This document shows positions 12,786-27,839 of a stretch of DNA of 64,000 bases, one piece after another. The notes under the pieces are model-generated. The model worked only from the letters and a program-made list of their open reading frames with translations. It was not told the DNA's origin and did no database searches. Made by a program: the position numbers and the translations under genes. The DNA is from Eledone cirrhosa (Eukaryota): NCBI GenBank assembly GCA_964016885.1, contig OZ024740.1, forward strand, positions 252,526,001-252,590,000, read 5' to 3'. Positions within the stretch are counted from its first letter, which is position 1; each line of letters starts with the position of its first letter.

Positions 12786-13435
12786 AAGGAAAAAAATGAA
12801 ACGAAATTTCATTTCCCACTCTTAGTACGGCTGTTACTTAAATATAAGTATGTATACGTACATACATATATGTATACAGACGTACAGTAGTATGTATATA
12901 TATATATACATACATGCACACATATATATATGTACATATGGATTCACCGAACATTTATTATGATGCTCGGTGTGTTTGTAAACAAACATCCCAAATTAAG
13001 CCGTACAGTGTCTAGTAACCATCGTTGCTCATTTGTTCAACACTGAGAAAGGAACACTGTACTAGTTTCAAGCTTATTAGCTATCGTCAGCAACGTATAC
13101 CTTCCCGCCAGATGGTTGAACGTCTGAAAGTATATACTTTCCTTATGCATATTAACGGCTGAGCAGCCTAATTTCCATATCGAGTGAATTAATCGGCTGG
13201 GGTACCGAAAACGATAAACGGAAAAAATAAAACGAAATTTCATTTCTCACTCTTAGTACGGCTGTTACTTAAATATAAGTATGTATACGTATATACATAT
13301 ATGTATACAGAGGTACAGTAGTATGTATATATATACATACATGCACGCATATATATATATGTATGTATGGATTCACCGAACATTTATTATAATGCTCGGT
13401 GTGTTTGTAAACAAACATCCCGAATTAAGCCGTAC
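12786..13435 (-). mobile_element. Retrozyme-like element, ~1.5-mer partial tandem (period ~431 bp); HHR at 13055-13095
   Basis: Direct repeat at 12811 and 13242; CGTTG CTGACGA TAGCTAATAAGCTT GAAA CTAG TA CAGTG. Confidence 0.8.
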
Positions 13436-13665
13436 AGGAGGAAACAGTTGTAAGCATAAAAATGTTTTGAACACTTCTTTGATTCTTATATTTCATATAA
13501 CTGCTCTGTAAATCATCTGATGTTTTTACATTGAGCTACTTAACTTACTGGTAATAAGGTAGTAATATATTACTGCCTACCACTATTTAGGGCTTGTATA
13601 AAAATATATATAACTGCAAAAGGTTTTTGTATTTACATAACCATAAATAGTATAATTAATACTAT
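13436..13665 (+). mobile_element. Extreme 3' end of a Naiad-type PLE (3' half of the HHR only)
   Basis: Starts as the reverse complement of 19047-19108. Confidence 0.7.
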
Positions 13666-15361
<1,696 letters not shown>

Positions 15362-18300
15362 AGATATAATCATAAGCCAGAGACCTATACTATCGCTTAC
15401 CTGGTCGCCTTCGATATGTAGAATGGAAGGACTACGGAGTTCCGGAGAGATGAAGAGAGAAAAATCTGGACGCTCAGCGACAATGCCAAAGTTAAAGACA
15501 ATCACACCTCGTGGACGAGAATGCGAGCATGCCTCTTTGTTTCGGCCGCGGATGGCTAACATAACTCCATCTCCCCCCGCTCCCCACCTTTCCAACCCCC
15601 CAAACGCAATTCAAAACTTCAGATTTGGTACCTTGAATGTAGGCACCTTAAAGGGTCGCTCTAACGAGGTTGTAGAAATGCTTGAACGTAAGGAGGTCGA
15701 TGTTTGTTGTATTCAAGAGACCAGGTGGAGGGGTGGATCTGCTAGATTCATTGTGGGTAGAAAACGATGCTATAAGCTTTTCTGGGTGGGAAACGACAAT
15801 GGGCTGGGTGGAGTAGGAATCATGGTAGCAGAAAAGTGGGCAGATAAGATAATAGACATAAATAGAGTGAACGACAGAATAATTAAAATAAGACTTGTCC
15901 TCAATAGAACTACGGTGACAGTAATATCCGCGTACGCACCCCAATCCGGATTGCCCAGCACTATAAAAGACAGATTCTATGAGACACTGATGCTCACTAC
16001 CTCCCAAATAACTGACAGTGACTATATAATTATTGCAGGCGACCTAAACAGTCACGTTGGACAACATTGTGACGGCTACGACGAAATCCATGGAGGCTAT
16101 GGGTTTGGTACTAGAAATGAGGAAGGCTCCAGAATCCTGGAATTCTGTGATGCAAATAACCTAACAATCTGCAACACTAACTTCAAAAAACGAGACAATC
16201 ACTTGATCACCTACAGATCAGGGGAACATACCAGCCAGGTAGATTATATCCTTACCAGAAGACGTGACAAAGTGACTGTCGTAAACACTAAATCCCTCCC
16301 CATGAAGAATGCACCTCCCAACATAGACTGATAATTAGCGACCTAATAGTCAGGACGAGACGTACTACACAACATAAGAGGACTATCCTCAGGAGAAAAA
16401 TATGGAAGCTAAAGGACCCCACAGCCAAGAATAAATTCCAAAGCATATTACTTGATGCTTTCGACAGTGAGGAAGAGCAATTAGAGACGTACAAGGTAGA
16501 GGAGCAGTGGGAATTCCTGAAGGCAAACCTGCTGACGGCGGCAGACGAAGTCTGTGGCTGGAGAAGGCCTGTAGGCAGGAGGAGAGTAACATGGTGGTGG
16601 AACAGTAAGGTGGAGGGGTCAATTAAGGCCAAAAAGCAGGCTTGGAAAGTATGGCGGGATCGGGGAAGCAGAGAAGACTATCAAGTGGCCAGGAGGGAAG
16701 CTAGGAGACAAGTGTACTTCGCAAGAAGGGAAGCAGAGGAAAAAAAGTTCAAGCATGTTCTACAACGTGAGGACCAAAAACGTGAGGTGTTCAGGATTGC
16801 TAGGCAATGTGTCAAGGAAAACAGTGATATTATCGGGGAGAAGTGTGTACTTAACGATGAAGGCGTACTTGCCATCACCGACGCCGATAAGAAGGTAGCT
16901 TGGAAGTGTCACTATGAAAGGCTACTAAATGAGGAGAACAAATGGGAGAAAGACAGTCTCCCCCACATCGACCCAATAGAGGGACCAGCAGTGTTAGTCG
17001 AGGGTAGTATAATAAGTAAGGCAATCAAAGATATGAAGACAGGCAAGGCGGCTGGGCCTTCGGAAATAGTTGCCGAGATGCTGAAGGCATCTGGTACGGT
17101 GGGACACACCATGGTCACCCGGATAGTCAACCAAGTCATACAGAATGGGGTTGTTCCGAAGGACTGGCGTAGCAGCATTATCGTTTAACTGTTATAATGG
17201 TAAAGGAGATGCCCTAGATAGGAGTAACTGTAGAGGCATTAAATTAATCGACCAGGTCATGAAGGTCACGGAAAAAGTAATAGCGCAACTAATCAGAAAG
17301 CGAATTTATCTAGATGAAATGCAGTTCGGGTTTGTGTCAGGAAAAAGTACCACAGACGCTCTTTTCATTGTACGACAACTACAGGAGAAGTACCTAGCTA
17401 AAAGTAAACCTCTATACTTAGCTTTCGTCGACTTGGAGAAGGCCTTCGACAGAGTCCCCCGTTCCATTATCTGGTGGGCTCTTAGAAAACTAGGTGTTGA
17501 TGAATGGCTTGTGAGAGCTATACAAGCCATGTATAAAGAAACAGTCAGCAAGGTTAGAATTAACAACGAATATAGTGAAGAGTTTAGTGTAAAAGTTGGT
17601 GTTCATCAGGGCTCTGTTCTTAGCCCCCTACTATTTATTATTGCCCTCCAGGCTATAACAGTGGAGTTCAAGACTGGCTGCCCATGGGAACTCCTATACG
17701 CAGATGATCTAACGCTCATAGCTGAATCAATGGCCGAGCTAGAGAAGAAATTCCAAACATGGAAGCACGGCCTAGAATCAAAAGGCCTTAAAATTAACCT
17801 GGCTAAGACTAAAGTTCTAGTTTGTAAGAAAGAAAATAAGGCGGCGGTCCCCTCCGGGAAGTGGCCATGCGCAGAGTGTAGGAAAGGCGTAGGTAGAAAT
17901 TCCATTTTGTGTCCCAAATGCAAAGTTTGGGTGCATAAAAGATGTAGTGGGATCACAGGTAAGCTAACTAAGAACATAGATTTTACATGTGGCCGGTGTT
18001 CTGGGGCAATAAGTAGCAGCAAGTGCCCACAAAATACTAGCTCTTTCAACTGCGCAGAGGGTTCTATAGAAATAGTGGACAGCTTCTGTTACCTGGGTGA
18101 CAAAATCAGCAGTGGGGGAGGGTGCTCTGAAAGTACAGTAGCTAGAGTCAGAACTGGGTGGAAAAAGTTCAGAGACCTTATACCACTATTAACCGCTAAA
18201 GGGTTCTCCCTAAAAATGAAAGGCAGGCTGTACGATGCCTGCATACGAACAGAATGTTGCATGGCAGTGAGACCTGGGCATTGTGTGCAGAGGATATACG

Positions 18301-19046
18301 CAGACTAGAGAGAAACGAAGCTTGCATGCTCCGCTGGATGTGTAATAGTAATATACGTGAACGACAAAGCATAAACGAACTAAGAAAAAAATTAGAAATA
18401 AGAGGGATCAGATGTTGTTTACTAGAGAGAAGGCTACGTTGGTATGGTCACGTGATGCGCATGAAGGACGATAGCTGTATAACAAAATGCAGGGCAATAA
18501 AGATAGACAGTAGCCACGGAATAGGCAGACCCAGAAAAACCTGAGACGAGCTGATAAACTCCGACCTCACACACTTACACCTCACCAAGACAATGTCACT
18601 GGACCGAGACCTTTGGCGGTACTAAGTAATAGAGAAGACCCGCCTTACCTAAATACAAAGTAAAACCTACTACAGTCAGTAGGCATCTCTAACAAAATAC
18701 ACCCCCGTCCCCCCACCCCATCCACACCGCCCCCTTCTATGTAAAGTTATGTTGGTGCCACACCATCCAGGCCGAAACAAATGAGATCGTGTAGGTGTCA
18801 CGACAAAAAAACACACTGTCCACGCTGTAATGTGGCCGTGTAGGCAACACGGTAAAAACCTCCCAGACCCACACTGTAAATGTGGTTGGTGTTAGGAAGG
18901 GCATCCAACTGTAGAAAACCTGCCAGACAGTCCTATGCGAGCAAGACAATCACTCTTGCCTCAAGTGGGAAAACCCCCGTCCAAACCCATGCAAGCGTGG
19001 AACACGGACGTTAAACGTTGATGATGATGATGATGATGATGATGAT
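15362..19046 (+). mobile_element. Near full-length RTE LINE (5' UTR, APE-RT-PHD ORF with a few frameshifts, 3' UTR, (GAT)n tail)
   Basis: [52 protein letters not shown]; tail at 19019-19046. Confidence 0.95.
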
Positions 19047-21920
19047 GTATGAAATATAAGAATCAAAGAACTGTTCAAAACATTTTTGTGCTTACAACTG
19101 TTTCCTCCAAACCAAGGTTTGGATTCTTCGGAGCAATTTATTAATGAATGGACAGTTATATGACCTCCTTTTCACCCAAGAGACATACAGATACATATGC
19201 AAATATTGTGGGTCAACATTCATTACAGCATTTAGAGTGGCAGTACACACTTAGAGATTACATTCATATTAAAAGGTACAATCAAAAATCAAAAATACAG
19301 GTTAAAATACAACATGAAAATAAGCGGTTATATAGTGCAAATGTTATATGTGTGGCAAGCACGTGCGTCTTGTTTATATAGTGTGGCAGAGAGTTATGTG
19401 TAGTAGAAGCACTTAGGTAGGTAAACAAGAGTGTTAGGTTGGTTGATCTGGTGGCAAATTCTTTATATGATTGTTATAGTCTGTGTGTGGAGAAATGATA
19501 TAAGCATTAAAAATATTAAAAGTATTGGAAATGCACAGTGAAGGGATGATATGGACTTCATGTCAGGGGAGTGTATTTTTCAGATTATATGCCCCTCACA
19601 TAATCTACGACAATTCGATATTGAGCGTTTGACAATCCAGTTAGAGAATCGTTGTCTGATGTTCTTTAGTTCAATACAGGAGGCTGTTACGTTTCGAGAA
19701 TCGACATTGAATACTACTCGGAAGTGTGTGTGTGGCTAAGGGGAGTTAATGCATGAGGGGAGGTAACTCCGAGGTTTCTATTACTAGCTATTGAAATGTG
19801 TCTCAAAATAGACCCTAATTTCTATGGTTATGCGCAACTTCCAAAAAATTTCTAAAGCATAAAGTGTTTTAACTATAGAGTAGTCTATTAAGTTGTGCTG
19901 AAGGTGTTCGTATTATTATGGTGAATTAACCCCCATTGTAGGGTGCCACAAATGAATATTATAGACGACGAGCGAGGATTCTAAATTAATGATCTCTGTG
20001 GTTGTAGTCTACTCATAGGACCAGGCGCGGTGATTGCAGAATCACTTCAACACACAATGATCTCTGGTAAGTTCTGGGTCATCGCTTGCTACATTGGATG
20101 TCGAAAGATAATCATCACCAGGGCCGACCAGAGGTCAATCCGCAGTCCTCATGACCCCACTCTGACCATCAAATCATCCATATATGTACAACTCGCACAT
20201 CAGTTGCAATACATTCATTCTCTGCACTCAGCGTCCTGGTCCTACTGCTCAACGGCGTTACTAGATTAAATCGTTTTTCATCTGTCCAAGGAAGGCACTT
20301 CCTCCGCACAACACTACCAAGCCAATCAATTCATGCTTAAATTACCTATAGAGCGGTGTAGTGCAGTCCAAGTGGGTGGATGTTGTCACACCTAACGTAG
20401 AGGTATAAATGGGTATTCTCCCTGCGAAGGGTTCCAGAGGGATGTCGTTGTTTGTGTTATATTAGATCAGTTAGTGTTGGGTATGTGGTATAAGTTGTGC
20501 CTCTGGTGTTTGGTTCAAGTCCGACATTGCTATATATTGGGCTTAAAGTTTTGGAAGGAATGTCTGAAGTGGTGCTGGCAAGTTGCAAACACTTCAGATT
20601 TTTTGTTAAGTAGATTACGGTTAGAGAAGATAATATTGTGGGTCTCTAGTATACAGAGGTTACAAAATTTATTAGGTGGTTTGTACGAAGTCACGCTGCC
20701 TATCACTACCCATTTGAGTGTGTATGGTTTATTTTTAGTTTTTAGATAGTGTATGTAGCTAGATAGTGAGGTGGAGTTGGCTAGGTTGTGCTTTTTGAAC
20801 AAGTGGATGTGCGAATTATATCTGATTTTGAAGCAGTTAGAAGTGGAGCCTACATAGGTTTCTGAAGAGTTGCTAGTTGTGATGGTGCATGAGTATATGA
20901 TATCCTTGGTTAGGCATTTTTTATCTAAAGGGCAGGTTCTATTAGCTCTACAGTTACAATTATCCTGTGTGTTAGTCTGCTGGTTATAATGCAGTGCAGA
21001 AGTCTGGGTGGTAGCTATAGGATTTTGGACATTCGGGTTGTCAACCCCGGTGTTGTTTCTTATACTATGTTATTTCTATTGTTACTGCCGTTACTATGGT
21101 TGCTTGCTACAGAGGTATTTAGAAGGTTTGCCTCCTGTTGTGATTTCATTTGTTGGAAGTAAGAATTAATTTTACTTTTATTGCTGCTAGCTATGTGGTA
21201 TGCTAAGTTAGGCCTTTTGTTTAAAAGGTTGTGGTACTTGTGTCCTGGAGGGAAGTTTTTATCTAGTAGTGAGAAGAAAGCCCTAGGTATGTTGGTGGAG
21301 ACATTTAGGTTGAAAGGAGGGTTGAAAAATGTATTATTTCTTCTTCTATTTTTATTTTTAGTGTTTGGTGTGTTGTTTCTTCCTAAGGCACTACAGTAGT
21401 TTCCGTGGTAACGGTTACTTCCGGTGGCACCCTCCGCTTTGGTGTACTTGTGGTTGCTATTCCTATTATTAGGTTTTCTCATGGACATGTTGTGCGAGAT
21501 GATGTTGTAGCTATGTGTTTTCTTAGGTAGGAACTCAATTTCTATATTATGGCCGGATCTAGCTAATGCTTGATTGTAATATTGTGAGTTTTTGCTAAAT
21601 ATGTTTGCGTCATAGGATAGACTAGAGATTCTATTGGACACCCCCTTAGAGATAGAGTTTAATATTGATCTAGGGTGATTAGACTTGGTATCTACGTAAA
21701 TGAGTTTTTCGTTAGGCTTATGGAAAGGTGTATATATTTTTGAGTCTAGGTATAGTGTGGCGTCTAGGAAGTTAACATTTTTAGTGTTTTTGTCCATGGT
21801 GATACTAAGGTTAAAGTTTTTGAATGTCTTGTGCAATTGTTTTCTAGTTCTTTCTATATTAAATTTTTTATATTCTATAAGTAGAAGTGCATCATCGCGG
21901 TACAAACCACCGTTGAGGTA
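19047..21920 (-). mobile_element. Naiad-type Penelope-like element, 5'-truncated (RT end, GIY-YIG, long 3' tail with U4C HHR at 19089-19135)
   Basis: YRDD, NFLD, KSNHP, FFNPPF, CNC..CPL..CL, YVGST, CNLCILE, CQH; TGCT CCGAAGA ATCCAAA-CCTTGG-TTTGGAG GAAA CAGTTG TA AGCA. Confidence 0.88.
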
Positions 21921-21924
21921 AGGG

Positions 21925-21957
<33 letters not shown>

Positions 21958-22023
21958 AGGGATATATATATATATGTATATATAAGGGATATATATATAT
22001 ATATATATAGATATATGTATATA

Positions 22024-22054
<31 letters not shown>

Positions 22055-22447
22055 GTATATATATACATATATATAAAATAACAATCTTGTTTGTTTAATT
22101 TTGGCCGAAATATTCTAGGATTTATAAAATGGCCTCCTTGTCCCTCTTAATCTTTACCCCCCCCCCCCACTATATCGTATTACGCGCCAGCTAGTTTGCC
22201 CTTTCAATCATTCCCTTCTCTCACCAAATATAAATAAACCTGTTACGAGGTACGAATCTCAGAATTTGTCAACGTTTGTTAATAGTCAGACCTCGTCGTC
22301 CCCTGCGAAATGTAATGTAAATGCCATTTTTCTTATCTCTCTCCAGCCTATCAGTCCATTCATTCATATATCCGTATCATCGCCCAGAATCCAATCTTTT
22401 GCTCTCTCTTAATGCTATTCTATAATTCTGTCTGGTTGTTTCTAAAT

Positions 22448-22576
22448 AATCATCATCATCATCGTTTAACGTCCATATTCCACGCTTGCATGGGTTTGGA
22501 CGGGAGTTTTCCCACTTGAGGCAAGAGTGGTTGTCTTGCTCGCATAGGACTGTCTGGCAGGTTTTCTACGGCTGGA
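22448..22576 (-). mobile_element. Short RTE 3' end with (GAT)n tail
   Basis: Reverse complement of ~18900-19030. Confidence 0.85.
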
Positions 22577-24354
22577 TGTTCAGGATTGCTAGACAATGTG
22601 TCAAGGAAAACCGTGATATTGTCGGGGAGAAGTGTGTCCTTAATGATGATGGTGTACTTGCCATCACTGACGCTGATAAGAAGGTAGCTTGGAAGTGTCA
22701 CTACGAAAGGCTACTAAATGAGGAGAATAAATGGGAGAAAGACAGTCTCCCCCACATTGATACAATAGAGGGACCAGCAGTGCGAGTTGAAGGTAGTATA
22801 ATAAGTAAGGCAATCAAAGATATGAAGATGGGTAAGGCGCTTCGGAAATAGTTGCTGAAATGCTGAAAGTATCTGGAATGGTGGGACACACTATGGTTAC
22901 CTGGATAGTAAACCAAGTCATACAGAATGGGGTTGTTACGAAGGACTAGAGTAGCAGCAGCATCATTAACTGCTACAAGGGTAAAGTAGATGCCCTAGAT
23001 AGGGGTAACTATAGAGGCATTAAATTAATCGACCAGGTCATGAAGTCCCCTGCTCCATTATCTAGGTGTTGATGAATGGCTTGTGAGAGCTATACAAGCC
23101 ATGTATAAAGAAACAGTCAGCAAGGTTAGAATTAACAACGAATATAGTGAAGAGTTTAGCGTAAAAGTTGGTGTTCATCAGGGCTAGGTTTTTAGACCCC
23201 TACTATTTATTGCCCTTCAGGCTATAACAGTGGAGTTCAAGACCGGCTGCCCATGGGAACTCCTATACGCAAATGATCTAACGCTCATAGCTGAATCAAT
23301 GGCCGAGCTAGAGAATAAATTCCAAACATGGAAGCACGGCCTAGAATCAAAAGGCCTTAAAATTAACCTGGCTAAGACTAAAGTTCTAGTTTGTAGGAAA
23401 GAAAATAGGGCGCCGGTCCCTTCCGAGAAATGGCCATGCTCAGTGTGTAGGAAAGGCGTAGGTAGAAACTTCATTTTATGTCCCAAATGCAATGTATGGG
23501 TGCATAAAAGATGTAGTGGGATCACAGGTAAGCTAACCAAGAACATAGATTTTACATGTGGCCGGTGTTCTGGTGCAATAAGTAGCAGCAAGTGCCCACA
23601 AAATACTAGCTCTTTCAATTGCGCAGAGGGTTCTATAGAAATAGTGGACAGCTTCCGTTACCTGGGTGACAAAATCAGCAGTGATGGAGGGTGCTCTGAA
23701 AGTACAGTAGCTAGAGTCAGAACTGGATGGAAAAAGTTCAGAGAGCTTATACCACTATTGTCCGCTAAAGGGTTCTCTCTAAAAATGAAAGGCAGGCTGT
23801 ATGATGCCCGAACAGGATATACGCAGACTGGAGAGAAACGAAGCTTGCATGCTCCGCTGGATGTGTAATAGTAATATACGTGAACGGTAAAGCATAAACG
23901 AACTAAGGGAGAAATTAGGAATAAGAGGGATCAGATGTTGTTTACTCGAGAGAAGACTACGTTGGTATGGTCACATGATGTGCATGAAAGACGACAGCTG
24001 TATAAAAAAGTGCAGGGCGATAAAAATGGACGGTAGCCATGGAGTAGGCAGACACAGAAAAACCTTGGACGACTTGATAAATTCCGACCTCACACACTTA
24101 CACCTCTCCATGACGATGTCACTGGACCGAGATCTTTGGTGCTACACAGTCATACAGAAGACCCGCCTTGCCTAAGTACAAAGCGAAACCTACAGTCAGT
24201 AGGCACCTCTAACAAAATACACCCCCGGCCCACTACCCCTGCCCCATCCACACCACCCCCTTAAATGTGGAGTTATGTTGGTACCACAACATCCAGTCCG
24301 AAACAAATGAGGTCGTGTAGGTGGCACGACAAAAAAAACACACAGTCCACGCTG

Positions 24355-24357
<3 letters not shown>
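22575..24357 (+). mobile_element. RTE LINE, 5'-truncated and degenerate, 3' UTR cut at (TA)n
   Basis: Close paralogue of 16790-18830 with deletions and stops. Confidence 0.9.
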
Positions 24358-24405
<48 letters not shown>

Positions 24406-24536
24406 TATATATATACATACATATATATATATATATATACATACATATATATATATATATATACATACATATATATATATATATATATACATACATATAT
24501 ATATATATATATATACATACATATATATATATATAT

Positions 24537-24567
<31 letters not shown>

Positions 24568-24588
24568 CATACATATATATATATATAT

Positions 24589-24637
<49 letters not shown>

Positions 24638-24684
24638 CATACATATATATATATATACGTACATACATATATATATACATATAT

Positions 24685-27420
24685 ACGTGGGAAAGTGAAA
24701 AATCGGAGAATAGACCGTTAAAACATGTTTATTTAAAATATCACCTATGTACGTTTCGCCCAGTTGGGCTTCTCAAGGGCATAAACAATCACAAGTGTTC
24801 CTTATATAGTTCGGAAAGAGTTTTGGGGGTTAAATCCACATCAAGATTCATTGCTCGCAAAAATATCTTGTTTTGATTTTGCAGCAGGTCAAGGGAGGTA
24901 ACTTTGGCCGGTGTTAGGGCAGTCCTTCCCGGATAATTTTTGGTATGCAAGGATTGTTTTCTGGGTGTTATTTTGCTGCGCCTGCCCGCCGGGGTGTTAA
25001 GACTTGTTGCAGGGAGATCCAGTGTGCTATTTCACTCTTCATTCTTAACCCATCTAAAGAAGGATATTTTTAAGCGATGTGTACAACTTATCGCTGTTTC
25101 AGCTCTGCTGTTGATGAGCTCGTGGGGTGCAGTTATGATGTGGTAGAGCTCCACGAGGCAAAGAACGCATTTCCTCTTGAAGTTGTACGGTGCAGCCCTG
25201 TCGACAATCTCCCAGTGCGTGGAGAAGCTAATGTTTAAGTCCTTTAGTGATGTGATGTAGTCCGCGAGCGAGGTGGAGTGCCTTAGTTTTCTATTTGTGA
25301 AAGAGTGGAGATGTGTTCGAAACCTAATTTTGAACGGGCCGGAGGTGGCCCCTATATAATGTTTAACGCTATTGTGGCTAGTAATAGTGCATCTATATAT
25401 AACCCTATCGGTCAAGCAGTATCCTCTAAGGGGCACCGTCTTCTGTCGCGGCAGTTGCAATTTCTGTCGCTGTTCCGTCTATTTCCCACGATAAGGCTAT
25501 CATTGTTGCTGCCTACGTTGCTAGCTGTGCTACCGCAGCTGTCGTTAGCACAATTACAGCCCACAGCACGCGGGATGGTGCGATTGTTATTCTGCACGCC
25601 ATGTTTTGCATGCTCCCCAGTCACTTCGCGGTCATTCTGGTTGCGTCTGCGGATGCCGTTGCCAACACTATTGGATGCTGTCAGGGAGTTGTTAAGGCCG
25701 ATACAGTTATTGTCAGGTGTAGGTGCATCTGCGTCGAGGTGCTGTGTCTTGGTGATCTTACTGTGGTTCGTTGTTCCTATGATGTCTGCTAGGTTAGGAG
25801 TAGTAGAGAAGGATATTTTTATATTGTTCCTATTAAGAATTTTTCTATACCTATGGTTGGGTGGGAAGTTCTTCTCTAAGGCTTCGAAGAATATCCGGGG
25901 TATGTTGGAGGCCACACTTCGAGAGTAGGGGGGGGTGGAACCATAGGACGTTACGGTGGCGATTACGTGTCCTTGTACTTTTGCTACGGGTGGTTCCATC
26001 TAAGTGATTGCTCATATGTGTGTTAATGCGCTGTCGCCCGTTCGGTGCCCCTTTCACTTTATGCTCGGGTGCACTCTTTCTACCACTTCCGTGTTTATGT
26101 ACACGAAGATGTTGGTTGGAAGGCGACAGCGCATTAACACACATATGCACACTCCTAGCCTAGCAGACATCATAGGAACAACGAACCACAGTAAGATCAC
26201 CAAGACACAGCACCTCGACGCAGACGCACCTACACCTGACAATAACTGTATCGGCCTTAACAACTCCCTGACAGCATCCAATAGTGTTGGCAACGGCATC
26301 CGCAGACGCAACCAGAATGACCGCGAAGTGACTGGGGAGCATGCAAAACATGGCGTGCGGAATAACAATCGCACCATCCCGCGTGCTGTGGGCTGTAATT
26401 GTGCTAACGACAGCTGCGGTAGCACAGCTAGCAACGTAGGCAGCAACAATGATAGCCTTATCGTGGGAAATAGACGGAACAGCGACAGAAATTGCAACTG
26501 CCGCGACAGAAGACGGTGCCCCTTAGAGGATACTGCTTGACCGATAGGGTTATATATAGATGCACTATTACTAGCCACAATAGCGTTAAACATTATATAG
26601 GGGCCACCTCCGGCCCGTTCAAAATTAGGTTTTGAACACATCTCCACTCTTTCACAAATAGAAAACTAAGGCACTCCACCTCGCTCGCGGACTACATCAC
26701 ATCACTAAAGGACTTAAACATTAGCTTCTCCATGCACTGGGAGATTGTCGACAGGGCTGCACCGTACAACTTCAAGAGGAAATGCGATCTTTGCCTCATG
26801 GAGCTCTACCACATCATAACTGCACCCCACGAGCTCATCAACAGCAGAGCTGAAACAGCGATAAGTTGTACACATCGCTTAAAAATATCCTTCTTTAGAT
26901 GGGTTAAGAATGAAGAGTGAAATAGCACACTGGATCTCCCTGCAACAAGTCTTAACACCCCGGCGGGTAGGCGCAGCAAAATAACACCCAGAAAACAATC
27001 CTTGCATACCAAAAATTATCCGGGAAGGACTGCCCTAACACCGGCCAAAGTTACCTCCCTTGACCTGCTGCAAAATCAAAACAAGATATTTTTGCGAGCA
27101 ATGAATCTTGATGTGGATTTAACCCCCAAAACTATTTCCGAACTATATAAGGAACACTTGTGATTGTTTATGCCCTTGAGAAGCCCAACTGGGCGAAACG
27201 TACGTAGGTGATATTTTAAATAAACATGTTTTAACGGTCTATTCTCCGATTTTTCACTTTCCCACGTGCTTACGCTCTGCTAACTCTCTAGCCCACTAAA
27301 TATTAACACTTCGAATATTTAATACTGCCGGCACTAGTATCGAGCACCTTTGGCATACGCTACTTGGCAAATAACTATATGTATCACCTATCCCTCCTTT
27401 TTTTCTCTCTTTCTCGATAC
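24685..27420. mobile_element. Naiad-type PLE as a ~1.1 kb inverted repeat (24685-25801 minus, 26151-27267 plus; plus tail runs to ~27420)
   Basis: Near-identical GIY-YIG peptides on both strands (VIYRC..HYIGATS; CxLCLxE; CTHR). Confidence 0.92.
27171..27210 (+). ncRNA. Hammerhead, U3-A8 variant (mirror copy at 24742-24781, minus)
   Basis: TTGAGAA GCCC-AACT-GGGC GAAA CGTACG TA GG; stem I short; AATAAA follows. Confidence 0.65.
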
Positions 27421-27469
27421 GTAAATACTATATACATATATATATATATCTATACAAATATATATATAT

Positions 27470-27665
27470 ATCTCTATCTAAGGCGGGTAAAATTCCCGAG
27501 ATCCATGGACGAGTTCTCTCCAGCGCTCTCTGTCCCTCATTATCGCTGCCATGTCCTGCATCTCCAACAGACCAGTGTCTGTCCTTAGGGCATCAACATA
27601 CGTTAACCTTGGTCTTCCTCTTCTAGTGTGTCCATGTAGGGGCTCCCAAAGGAGCACTGAGTGCA
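27470..27665 (-). mobile_element. C-terminus of a different RTE family
   Basis: [32 protein letters not shown]. Confidence 0.75.
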
Positions 27666-27759
27666 ATATATATATATACAAATATATATACAAATATATA
27701 TATATATACAAATATATATATATACAAATATATATATATACAAATATATATATATACAA

Positions 27760-27790
<31 letters not shown>

Positions 27791-27808
27791 CAAATATATA
27801 TATATACT

Positions 27809-27837
<29 letters not shown>

Positions 27838-27839
<2 letters not shown>

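Noticed and set aside
22176-22195. Helitron 3' end (cgtattacg followed by CTAGT)
   Set aside because: The hairpin is only 4 bp, there is no second copy, and no 5' end is identifiable.
26520-26545. TGA after CPLEDTA as selenocysteine (some Naiads are reported to encode Sec)
   Set aside because: The conserved GYCL..IYRC continues in another frame, so this is a 1-nt frameshift; I saw no in-frame TGA at Cys positions in the open Naiad ORFs.
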